From Chthoniobacterales bacterium (GTDB lineage Bacteria > Verrucomicrobiota > Verrucomicrobiia > Chthoniobacterales > Chthoniobacteraceae), in NCBI GenBank assembly GCA_038207335.1, contig JBBQZX010000018.1:32001-96000 (forward strand): DNA of 64,000 bases. The letters are read 5' to 3'. Positions 1 to 8,415 of this stretch are shown in pieces (within the stretch, counting starts at the first letter, position 1; each line of letters opens with the position of its first letter). The translations under genes were made by a program, and so were the position numbers. The notes under the pieces are model-generated. The model saw nothing but the letters and a program-made list of their open reading frames with translations, was not told the DNA's origin and made no database searches.

Positions 1-714
1 CAGCACGCGAAACCCATCGAACTTCAACTCCCAGCTCCACTCTCCGCCTCGCGGCGGCGCACTCGCGAGCTTCGCCATCATCGGATCCGCAAATTTCGGC
101 GCCATTCCTCCGCGCGCCGGCGTTTGCTTTTTTGTCGTGGTTCTCTTCTTCGATTCCCACTTCGCGTCCTTGTCTGCCGTGATCTGCCGCATGGTCCGAC
201 CACTGATCGCCGATTCATCGTCGCGCTTCTTGGAGACCGGCCGCATCCCATCGCCGCTCTTGATCAATAGCCACTCCTCGCCCTTCCGCGTCTGCACCAG
301 CGTCCACTCGCCAGAGAGCTTCGCTCCTTCGAGTGAAAAGTGCAGCTTACCCGCTTCCAAATCCTCCTGTGGCGCGCCTCCCAGCGGTTCCCAAGTTCCG
401 AAGTCCCATACCATGACCGTTCCGCCGCCGTACTGCCCTGCCGGGATGATTCCCTCGAAGCTCGCATAGTCGATCGGGTGATCCTCCACCTGCACCGCCA
501 GCCGCTTCTCCGCATTGGCGAATGGCATTCCCTTTGGCACCGCCCACGATTTCAGCGCGCCGCCCAGCTCTAGCCGGAAATCATAGTGCAGCCGCGAAGC
601 ATCATGCTTTTGAATGACGAACCGCAGCTTCCCGGAGCCCTTCCTTCCTTTGCCCGCCCCCGGCTCGGCGGTTTTCGAAAAATCACGCTTCCGCTGGTAC
701 TCGCGCAGCGACAT
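1..714 (-). CDS. ligD: DNA ligase D (NHEJ), N-terminal 3'-phosphoesterase domain; partial, runs off the window start
   Basis: Manual translation from ATG at 714: MSLREYQRKRDFSKTAEP...FVIQKHDASRLHYDFRLE...LKSWAVPKG...RLAVQVEDHPIDYASFEGIIPAGQYGGGTVMVWDFG, the LigD PE-domain motifs; directly downstream of ku. Confidence 0.93.
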   Translation of the reverse strand, partial: MSLREYQRKRDFSKTAEPGAGKGRKGSGKLRFVIQKHDASRLHYDFRLELGGALKSWAVPKGMPFANAEKRLAVQVEDHPIDYASFEGIIPAGQYGGGTVMVWDFGTWEPLGGAPQEDLEAGKLHFSLEGAKLSGEWTLVQTRKGEEWLLIKSGDGMRPVSKKRDDESAISGRTMRQITADKDAKWESKKRTTTKKQTPARGGMAPKFADPMMAKLASAPPRGGEWSWELKFDGFRVL

Positions 715-720
715 CTCAAG

Positions 721-1557
721 TTATGCCGCGTTCTTGTGCGCGCGGCCTTTTGCCGGCGGCTTCGACTTTCCACCCTTCTTTCCCGCCCCAGTCTTCTCGA
801 GACTCTGCTGCAGCACTGCGACGAGATCGATGACCTTCGTCGCCCGCTGAGTCTTCGGTGCCTTGCCGGCCGCCTTGTCCGGATGTTCGACCTTCTCCTC
901 GATGAGCTTCTCCAGCGCCAGCCGATAGTCATCGGTATAACGCTCCGGCTCCCACTTATCCGTCATCGAAGCGATCAAGGACTTCGCCATTTCCAATTCT
1001 TTCTTACCTACTTCCACTTTTGCAGGCGGCTTGAATTCCGCCACATCCACAAGTTCATCCGCAAAACGCATGAGTTCCAGCATGAGCCCCCGTTCGTGCG
1101 GCTTTACAGCCGCCAGATGCTGACGTGTCCTGATAACCACCTTGGCAATCCCGATCTTCCCAGTGGCCTGAAGTGCTTCGCGCAAAAGCACATACGCTTT
1201 GTCCCCTCCCTTTTCCGGCTCCATGTAGTAGGGCTTGTAAAAGTAGATCGGGTTGACTTCTTCCAGCTCCACAAAGTCCGTAATTTCCACAGTCTGCGTC
1301 GCCTCAATGTCCACCCGCTCAAAATCCTCGTCCTTCAAGACGACAAATCGCCCTTTCTCAAACTCATACCCCTTGACGATCTGATCCCATGCGACTTCCT
1401 TCCCATCAACCTCGGCGACGCGCTTGTAGTTCACTGGGCTGAGATCACTCAATCGCAGCAGCCGAAATTTCAACTCTTCACGGCGCGCCGCCGAGTATAA
1501 GGCGACGGGGATATTGACCAACCCGAAGCTGATCGCCCCTTTCCAAATCGCACGCAT
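721..1557 (-). CDS. ku: Ku protein (NHEJ DNA end-binding)
   Basis: MRAIWKGAISFGLVNIPVALYSA N-terminus, basic C-terminal tail, adjacent to ligD. Confidence 0.96.
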   Translation of the reverse strand: MRAIWKGAISFGLVNIPVALYSAARREELKFRLLRLSDLSPVNYKRVAEVDGKEVAWDQIVKGYEFEKGRFVVLKDEDFERVDIEATQTVEITDFVELEEVNPIYFYKPYYMEPEKGGDKAYVLLREALQATGKIGIAKVVIRTRQHLAAVKPHERGLMLELMRFADELVDVAEFKPPAKVEVGKKELEMAKSLIASMTDKWEPERYTDDYRLALEKLIEEKVEHPDKAAGKAPKTQRATKVIDLVAVLQQSLEKTGAGKKGGKSKPPAKGRAHKNAA

Positions 1558-1610
1558 TGCCAAAGGAAGAGGCGATGATCTATTCCGGTTGTTTCACGGC
1601 TTTCGGCACC

Positions 1611-1730
1611 TCACGTGCAACCGCGGAGCAGGAAGAACAAGAAGAGGATTGGAATAGGAATTCCGAGGACCCAGAGAAGGATCCAACCCATCGCACCTTC
1701 AGTCGATTGCCGGTAGTCGTTCATTTTCAT
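1611..1730 (-). CDS. small membrane protein, 39 aa (not in ORF track)
   Basis: Manual translation MKMNDYRQSTEGAMGWILLWVLGIPIPILFLFFLLRGCT*; one hydrophobic helix, co-oriented with both neighbours. Confidence 0.7.
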   Translation of the reverse strand: MKMNDYRQSTEGAMGWILLWVLGIPIPILFLFFLLRGCT

Positions 1731-1855
1731 ACAATCCATTCGCGTGTGGATTTCGGGTTGCGCGTAACTCCGCGCCGCAGCGCAAAAAAACCCCGGACCG
1801 TCAAAGACAGCCCGGGGTGCTTCATGGTCGTGAATGCCGAGGACAGGCGAATCGA

Positions 1856-2359
1856 TTACTCTTCGCTCAGCGCCATAGCCGCGGGGTTCACAGCGCTTTC
1901 CGCAAGCGATGTCAGCTTCTCGTCCGTTGCAGACTCTTCATCCTCCGTGGTCCGGAGAAGCTCTGCCGCGTCGTCTTCGCCCAGCGTTTCCGCGAGAGTG
2001 CGGACCGTGCCGTATCCGGAGATTTCGTAGTGCTCCACCTTTTGCGCGATGGCGATCAAAGCCACGTCGAGCATTTCCTTTGGCATGTCTTCTTCCACGC
2101 CTTTTTCGCCTTCCGCGATGAGTCCTTCCATCGCAAGGCACTTCTCCACCCGGTTGCTTTCGCCGAGTCCATCCAGGATTTTTTCGAGGCGCTTTGCGTG
2201 CTCTTCCGTCTGCGTGAGATGCTCCTCGAATCCGGCCGCCAGCTCTTCATTGGTTGCAGCCTTGGCCATCTTCGGGAGCGCCTTGATGAGTTGTCTTTCT
2301 GCGCTGAGGAGATCCTTCAGTTCGTGAACGTAAAGGTCTCGGAGTGATTTGATTTTCAT
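1856..2359 (-). CDS. ferritin-like DUF892 (YciE/YciF family) stress protein
   Basis: LKDLLSAERQLIKALPKMA...CLAMEGLI...AQKVEHYEISGYGT motifs. Confidence 0.92.
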   Translation of the reverse strand: MKIKSLRDLYVHELKDLLSAERQLIKALPKMAKAATNEELAAGFEEHLTQTEEHAKRLEKILDGLGESNRVEKCLAMEGLIAEGEKGVEEDMPKEMLDVALIAIAQKVEHYEISGYGTVRTLAETLGEDDAAELLRTTEDEESATDEKLTSLAESAVNPAAMALSEE

Positions 2360-2486
2360 AGCATGGACAATTCGCGTTTCTCTTTCCGTGGGGATGTTTC
2401 CGAAACGGGAAATCCCACCCTATGCAGGGATCAGGGTGAACGGCCAACGCGCTTTTCTCCCGCGAATTACAGTCACTCTTACTACC

Positions 2487-2945
2487 ATGTCAGCCTCTCA
2501 AAACCACGCCTCCAATCAGTCATCCAAATCCATCCGGGACACATTCGTCCTCATATCGAAAAGCACGTCGAAAGCCGTAGGTTCCGCGTGGGCTTTCGCC
2601 ACGGCAATTCTGGCCATTCTGATCTGGGTGGCGTGCGGTCCGCTCTTCAATTACTCCGACACATGGCAACTAGTCATCAATACCAGCACCACCATCGTCA
2701 CCTTCCTCATGGTCTTCCTGATTCAAAGCACGCAGAACCGCGACTCGAAAGCTGTGCATCTCAAGCTCGACGAACTTATCCGCGCAATGGCAGGAGCGCG
2801 CAACGACATGCTCGACTCGGAAGAACTCACTGAGGACGAACTCGAAAAGCTGGCGGGCGAGTTCAAGGCGCTCCATGACAAAGCCTGCGCGACGTTGGAA
2901 ACCAAGAGCGGGAAGAAAAGCCGGTCACGCCGCGAGTCCGCGTAG
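2487..2945 (+). CDS. low-affinity iron permease family protein
   Basis: FNYSDTWQLVINTSTTIVTFLMVFLIQSTQNRDSKAVHLKLDELI signature; start placed at ATG 2487. Confidence 0.9.
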   Translation: MSASQNHASNQSSKSIRDTFVLISKSTSKAVGSAWAFATAILAILIWVACGPLFNYSDTWQLVINTSTTIVTFLMVFLIQSTQNRDSKAVHLKLDELIRAMAGARNDMLDSEELTEDELEKLAGEFKALHDKACATLETKSGKKSRSRRESA

Positions 2946-3027
2946 TCCGCAGCCGCCGCTCGCATCTTCCTCGACTCGCGCCGCGCTCCGCAATACGACT
3001 CCGTAGAATGCGCCAACCGCTGACTCG

Positions 3028-4434
3028 ATGACCGGCATTCTCATTGCCGGCTACGTCCTGACTTGGGCCGCCATCCCGCACGTCCTCCTCTCGAAAAAAC
3101 GTCCTGCGGCGACGCTCGCATGGGTTTGGTCGATCCTCCTTTTTCCCTACCTCGGCGCGCTCGCTTATCTGCTACTCGGTGCCGATCGTATCAAGCGCAA
3201 GCGCCTGCGCCGTGCGGCACAGGCAAAGTTTTCGCGCCATGGGGAAAATGCCGCAGCAACGGAGAAAGTCAGCAATCAATCCCCGGCTGCCGCGTCGCTC
3301 GTACGCGCTCTCGCCAGCATCAACGAAATACCGCCCGCCATCGGCACCGACCTGCGGCTGCTTGTCGATGCCTGCACATTCTACCCCGCCCTGCTCGAGC
3401 GCATCGCATCCGCAAAACATCACGTTCACATCGAGTTCTTCGTGTGGCGCGCCGATGCCCGCGGGCGCGAATTTCTCGATTCTCTCGTCGCCGCGGCGCG
3501 GCGCGGCGTGCAAGTGCGGTTGCTCGTCGATCAGGTCGGTCGCTTCGGGACCGGGCTCTCGTTTTTCGATCCTCTTCGCGAAGCCGGAGGTCAATTTGCA
3601 TGCTTTCACTCCATGCCTTTTCGCCGCCACTCGCGGCTTTTGAATCTCCGCAATCATCGCAAGCTGCAGATCATAGACGGCGAGGTCGCCTTCGTCGGCG
3701 GGATGAATATCGGACGCGAATATGCCGGCGAAGATCCAGCCATCGGCGCATGGCGCGATTTGCAGATCGAAGTGCGGGGAAACGTGGTGACCTTTCTCCA
3801 AGAAACGTTTGCCACGGATTGGTATTACGCCACGGAGGAAAAGATTCTCGGCGCCGAGTTCTATCCAGAAGCGCTGTCAGGTGAAGGTCACCTGTGCCAG
3901 GTCGTCGCCGGCGGGCCCGACCTTCCGCGCGAGCCGATTCCAAAGTCCCTTACCACGCTGCTCAACTTTGCCTCGCGTCGTGTTTGGATCGCCACGGGTT
4001 ACTTCGCTCCAGACATCCTCTTACTTTCCGCCTTGCAAATCTGCGCTGCTCGCGGGATTGACGTGCGCCTCTTGGTATCGCGAAAATCGGACCATCCTTA
4101 CATCGTCATCGTCGGGCGATCCTACTACGAAGACCTGCTCTCGTGGGGCATCCGAGTCTTCGAGTACGAGAAGGGGCTGAATCACACCAAAGCCATCCTC
4201 ATCGATGAGGAATGGCTGATGGTCGGCTCCGCGAATTCCGACAACCGTTCGATGCGGCTGAACTTCGAGCTCAACCTCCTCGCGCACGCCCCGGAACAAG
4301 CGCGTGAACTCGACGCAATGATGCGGGAAGACTTCGCTGCCAGCAGGGAAGTCACGAAGCATGACCTGGCTGCGAAGACCTTTGCCGTGAGACTGGGGGA
4401 GGCAGCCCTCCGCCCCTTCGCGCCGCTTTTTTAG
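3028..4434 (+). CDS. cls: cardiolipin synthase
   Basis: Two HKD motifs (NHRKLQIIDG, HTKAILID) and N-terminal TM helices. Confidence 0.92.
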   Translation: MTGILIAGYVLTWAAIPHVLLSKKRPAATLAWVWSILLFPYLGALAYLLLGADRIKRKRLRRAAQAKFSRHGENAAATEKVSNQSPAAASLVRALASINEIPPAIGTDLRLLVDACTFYPALLERIASAKHHVHIEFFVWRADARGREFLDSLVAAARRGVQVRLLVDQVGRFGTGLSFFDPLREAGGQFACFHSMPFRRHSRLLNLRNHRKLQIIDGEVAFVGGMNIGREYAGEDPAIGAWRDLQIEVRGNVVTFLQETFATDWYYATEEKILGAEFYPEALSGEGHLCQVVAGGPDLPREPIPKSLTTLLNFASRRVWIATGYFAPDILLLSALQICAARGIDVRLLVSRKSDHPYIVIVGRSYYEDLLSWGIRVFEYEKGLNHTKAILIDEEWLMVGSANSDNRSMRLNFELNLLAHAPEQARELDAMMREDFAASREVTKHDLAAKTFAVRLGEAALRPFAPLF

Positions 4435-4458
4435 AAGAATCGCACACCTCTACCAATC

Positions 4459-5223
4459 CTACTGCGGATGCGCCGCGGCGTAATCCGCCTGCGCCGCGCG
4501 CAAGGCCAGCGCGTTGGCGTATCCATCGCCGAAGAAGAGTCGCATCTGCGCGTCGCTTTTTGGCTGCGCTTCGTTCCATCGCTCCGCGTATGCAGGGTCG
4601 TTCGGGCTCTGACGTTCACCGCCGATATCCTTCACAAATTCATCGCGCAGAGTATCGAGCGCCTTCGCTTGAGTGGGAGTAAACCCAGCCGCGACTGGAT
4701 CGATCCCCTGCAATGCGAGCGGCAGTGGCGCAGGCTTTGCACTGGCAGTTGAGTTACTCGCTGGAACAGCGGAAGGCGTGTTGGAAACTCCGCCACGGCC
4801 TCCGTTGATTCGTGCGGAGAAGGTCGGTTGATTGGCGGGGTGAAAAGAATTCGCTTCAGGCTGTCCCGGCAGGCTGCGCACCGCCCCCGCATCGCCTTGG
4901 CTTTCTCGTCCTTTTGCAGGCGGCGCGGTCTGAACTTCAGCTCTCGGCGTAACGAGAACCAGTGCGGACGCGGTATTGCCCATTTGAGGCGTCGATGCTC
5001 TCGGTGCCACACTTCGATCGGCAGCAGCGCTCTTCACGATGGCTGACAAGGGATGCGTGGGCGGGGGGTGAAAATCGGGGGCGGCTGTTAGTGCTGGCGC
5101 CGACGCCGGCGCCGAGAGCGTGGTCGTCTCCGCTTCGGGCTGAACTTTCAAATAGATCGCAGCGCCAGCGATCACGACGACCAGGGGCAGGATGGCGGCG
5201 AGAGGAGTCAGGCGGAAAGTCAT
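4459..5223 (-). CDS. hypothetical membrane-anchored protein with Pro/Ala-rich linker and helical C-terminal domain
   Basis: N-terminal hydrophobic anchor from ATG 5223, low-complexity middle, C-terminal PNDPAYAERWNEAQ. Confidence 0.65.
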   Translation of the reverse strand: MTFRLTPLAAILPLVVVIAGAAIYLKVQPEAETTTLSAPASAPALTAAPDFHPPPTHPLSAIVKSAAADRSVAPRASTPQMGNTASALVLVTPRAEVQTAPPAKGRESQGDAGAVRSLPGQPEANSFHPANQPTFSARINGGRGGVSNTPSAVPASNSTASAKPAPLPLALQGIDPVAAGFTPTQAKALDTLRDEFVKDIGGERQSPNDPAYAERWNEAQPKSDAQMRLFFGDGYANALALRAAQADYAAAHPQ

Positions 5224-5244
5224 GGGCGGGTTGATTGTTTTACG

Positions 5245-5280
5245 AAAAGAGCCGGTGCGGGCGTTTCCACCTGCACCGGC
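5245..5280 (-). terminator. intrinsic terminator after the 5359..6828 gene
   Basis: Stem gccggtgcggg/cctgcaccggc followed by TCTTTT on the minus strand. Confidence 0.6.
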
Positions 5281-5358
5281 ACGATTGAATTTCGAGAAGC
5301 TACACGGAAGGCGAGCGCGCCCGGCAATCTCAGCCGGACGCGCTACCAACCAATCGTC

Positions 5359-6828
5359 TTACTTCTGCGAAAGGAATCCGCCGTCTTCGTCGCGCGACAC
5401 GGTCATCGACGCATCATCGGCGAGGCCGGCGAAGGAGTAGTCGAAGTTTAGGATGCGGTTCTTGATCGCGGTGGCGCCGCTGAATTTGAACCCGCTGGTG
5501 CCGATGACGCTGCTCTTCCAGAGCATCTGCTCATAGTTCCAGAAGGTGTAGGTGCCATTGCGCACGGTCGAGGGCAGGAGCGCCCCGATGACGACGCCAG
5601 CCAGCGCGCCGTCGGTCACGGTCGAGTTCCTGTCGAGCGTGATCGTGTTGGCGCCAGCATTGATGCTCAGGATCGACGCTCCCGGCGCGATGCCGTTGCC
5701 GCTGATCACTTGGCCGACGACCAGGCCGGTCGTGTCGTTGAGCGCGCCCGCGACGAGGCCGACCACCGGGCTGCCGTTGGTGACGGAAACGGTGGCGGGC
5801 TTCTTAGCAGTGCCGCCGTATCCGGCCACACCGTTGAAGCTCAGGTAGCGTGCATTGCCCTGGTCTGCACCGGTCAGCGAGGTGAAGGCGTCGAACACCG
5901 CGGTGTAGGAGTCCGCTTCACCGACGTAGCCGATGAATGAAGTCGGGGCCGTGGTGCCACGCGCCGTGTCGGTGACATTCATCGTCGTGTAGCGCAGGAA
6001 TTTGCCGACCGTGCCGCCGCTGCTCTCGCCGTCGTTGCCTGCGTCAGGCACGCTGGCCGTTGGGGGATACTGGGCGATGCTGAGGACCGTGTTCAGACTG
6101 CCGGCTGTGGTGGAAAGCGTCGGCTTGTACTGGCGCACGACGTTCTGCGTGCCGTAGCCGGGCTCCGCGAGCGAGTCGAGACGCGTGCCCGAGAAAGGAT
6201 CGCGGCCGACGGCATAGATGTATTGCGTGTCAGCCGGGTTGTTCGTGAAGAACGAAACCGCGATGCGGCCCGTATTGTAGAGCGCCTTGAAGTTCTGCGC
6301 GGTCATGTTCGTCACTCCCGCAGGCGTGTCCTTGCTCGCGACATACGCGAACGGGATGATCCCGACCTTGAACGCGATGTTCAGATTGGGCGTGAGGAAG
6401 GTCGTCGAACTCTGCTTGTTGTCGGACATCGCGATTTCCGGCGCCTCACTGACGCTGGTCGCGAGGTTCGGCGTGCCGCTGGGCGAGACGGTGGTGCCGT
6501 CGGCGATGAAGGGCAGGTTGTTCGGGACGGAGACGTCGCGGATGCCTGCGCCGGAGCCGGACCAGTTCGTCTTGATCGTAAAGACCTCCGTCGCGGAGAC
6601 GGACGGAATTTTCCCGATGAAGATGTGACTGGCCGCACCGGTGAAGCTCGTGCCGACGTAGCCGTAGCCTTCGCCATTACCGCTGAAGGTCATGACGTTC
6701 TTGATGGCGTTCACGGTCGCGGAGCGAAACGCAGTGGAGCCGGTGAGGCGGATGCCGGTCGCCGCGGAGGCGTCCTGGATCATGGAGAGAGCGGCGATGC
6801 TGGCCGCGAGGATGTAGGTCTTTTTCAT
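5359..6828 (-). CDS. secreted periplasmic-binding-protein (PstS/DING-like) family protein
   Basis: Signal peptide; motifs LTGSTAF, WSGSGAGI and GRDPFSGTR resemble PstS phosphate-binding loops. Confidence 0.6.
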   Translation of the reverse strand: MKKTYILAASIAALSMIQDASAATGIRLTGSTAFRSATVNAIKNVMTFSGNGEGYGYVGTSFTGAASHIFIGKIPSVSATEVFTIKTNWSGSGAGIRDVSVPNNLPFIADGTTVSPSGTPNLATSVSEAPEIAMSDNKQSSTTFLTPNLNIAFKVGIIPFAYVASKDTPAGVTNMTAQNFKALYNTGRIAVSFFTNNPADTQYIYAVGRDPFSGTRLDSLAEPGYGTQNVVRQYKPTLSTTAGSLNTVLSIAQYPPTASVPDAGNDGESSGGTVGKFLRYTTMNVTDTARGTTAPTSFIGYVGEADSYTAVFDAFTSLTGADQGNARYLSFNGVAGYGGTAKKPATVSVTNGSPVVGLVAGALNDTTGLVVGQVISGNGIAPGASILSINAGANTITLDRNSTVTDGALAGVVIGALLPSTVRNGTYTFWNYEQMLWKSSVIGTSGFKFSGATAIKNRILNFDYSFAGLADDASMTVSRDEDGGFLSQK

Positions 6829-6876
6829 GTGAATATGGAGGTTAGTGAGATGTCGGAGTCGGTGGGTTGGATTGAG

Positions 6877-7656
6877 TTATGCGAGGGTTGTCTTGCGGTT
6901 GCGGCGGAAGCCGAGGACGCCGCTAAGGGCCATGCCGAGCATCAGCGCGGTGGAGGGCTCGGGGACGGGGCTGAAGGTGACGTTGTCGCCGCTGCCGAGG
7001 GTGAGCCGGCCTTCGTTGGTCGCGAGCGTCGTGGAAGGGCTGCCTTCCGGCACGCGGAAGAGGTCGAGGCCGAGGCCGTTCGTGTAATTTTCGATCGGCC
7101 CGATGTTGCCGCTGCCGAAATCCGTCGAGGCCCGCGTGGACCAGGAGTTGGAGTTCGCAGGATTACCGATTTCCGAGTTTGCCACCGTGCCGTCCGGAGT
7201 GGTGGGCAGCAGATAGTAGTTCTTCATCGAGAGGATGTTGTTCGAGGGGCCGGCCTGGTTGGAGCCGGTCGAAGGAACGGGCGTGGTCAAATAGTTCGCC
7301 GAATCCGCGGGCCGGGAAGAGTAGAGGATATCTCCGGGATCGGAGCCGACGGGCTGTGAGCCGGGGGTGCCGACGAGCGCCCAGAGGACGGTGCCGTCCG
7401 TTTTCCAGGTGGAGCCGAATAGCGTCGTGAGCTGGCTGTTGAGATTCGTCAGCGTCAGCGTGAAAGGCACCGTCGCATCGCGAAAGGTGGATGCCTGCCC
7501 GAGGTTGACGATGAAGTCCTGATTTGTGTTCCCGTCCTGACGGAAGCCGAGGAAAAGGTCGTCCGCGTTGTAGGTCAGCGCCATGGCGGATGGCGCTGTC
7601 AGCGCGACGGCGGCGAGGCCGGCGAGCGCTGTCATTTTGAGATGTGTTAGTTTCAT
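6877..7656 (-). CDS. PEP-CTERM sorting domain surface protein
   Basis: Signal peptide MKLTHLKMTALAGLAAVALTAPSAMA; C-terminal VPEPSTALMLGMALSGVLGFRRNRK. Confidence 0.9.
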   Translation of the reverse strand: MKLTHLKMTALAGLAAVALTAPSAMALTYNADDLFLGFRQDGNTNQDFIVNLGQASTFRDATVPFTLTLTNLNSQLTTLFGSTWKTDGTVLWALVGTPGSQPVGSDPGDILYSSRPADSANYLTTPVPSTGSNQAGPSNNILSMKNYYLLPTTPDGTVANSEIGNPANSNSWSTRASTDFGSGNIGPIENYTNGLGLDLFRVPEGSPSTTLATNEGRLTLGSGDNVTFSPVPEPSTALMLGMALSGVLGFRRNRKTTLA

Positions 7657-7753
7657 GGATGTTTGGGTTTTGCGGTTGCGAATCGTGCGTTTGGCACGCG
7701 GCGCCGGGCGGGGATTGGGAAGGTTCGCTCGGTCGGTCGCTGATTCGGCGGCT

Positions 7754-7807
7754 ACGCTAGGGGCCGGTTGAAAAGGGTCAAAAGGTGTATGGTTACATGT
7801 TTGTGTC
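7754..7807 (-). promoter_or_regulatory. putative sigma70 promoter (TTGACC-16-TAGCGT) with upstream pho-box-like direct repeat
   Basis: Minus strand GACAC-N6-GTAAC (11-bp period) at 7792-7807, -35 at 7776-7781, -10 at 7754-7759. Confidence 0.4.
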
Positions 7808-8129
7808 GGCCATGCGTCGGACGCGAAACCTTGTACCAGCGGGCATCCGCTGGTTTTCGTGTGAAAGCTCCTGGCCTTTCTGGCATCTCGCATTTCACCC
7901 CGGCTAAGTGCTCTTGGGCACTGCTTGCACGGTCCCGGCGGAGTGGGCGGGCAAAATGCGGGCGTCGCGGCGGCGGGTGTGGCCGAAGGGGTGCGGGGCG
8001 GGCAGATTCCAGCCCAGAGGCCTTTGGAAGGAACGGCCCTGAGCCATTCGCAAGGCCGGTCGGCGGGTTCGAGCCCTCCGCTCCAGCCACCACTCACCCG
8101 TCGCTATTCAGCCCTCTCATTCCCTCCAC

Positions 8130-8352
8130 CCGGGCGCGCTGCTGGCGAAAAGTGCGCCCGGCTGCAAAAAGCAGGTCATCGTCTCGCCAGCCGGGCGCCC
8201 GGCTGGTGAAAACAGGTGCCCATTTTCGCAAGAACAGAGCCCCTTTTCGCCAGCGGCGCACCCGGCTGGCAAAAAGGAGACCTACTTTTTCCAGCCGGGC
8301 GCGCCTTTTGCGAGCACAGACGCCCTCTGCCCGTTGCAGAGCCGCACTTTTA
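8130..8352. repeat. degenerate ~20-21 bp intergenic repeat array with internal inverted repeats
   Basis: Recurrent GCGCCCGGCTGGNNAAAA-like units and their complements, e.g. GCTGGCGAAAAG 8141-8152 vs CTTTTCGCCAGC 8243-8254. Confidence 0.6.
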
Positions 8353-8415
8353 CTCTGATGGCGGCCTCCCACGACCTCCGAGGGCTAACCGCGCAAAGCC
8401 ATTCCCGAGCGTCTC

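Noticed and set aside
7691..7707. TTGGCACG as a sigma54 -24 element
   Set aside because: No TTGC -12 element at the right spacing, and wrong orientation for the adjacent gene
7972..8092. Call as tRNA-Sec or tmRNA
   Set aside because: No TCA anticodon loop, wrong length, no tag reading frame; kept only as a low-confidence finding
8130..8352. Possible CRISPR array
   Set aside because: Units are degenerate and contiguous with no unique spacers; no cas genes in the window
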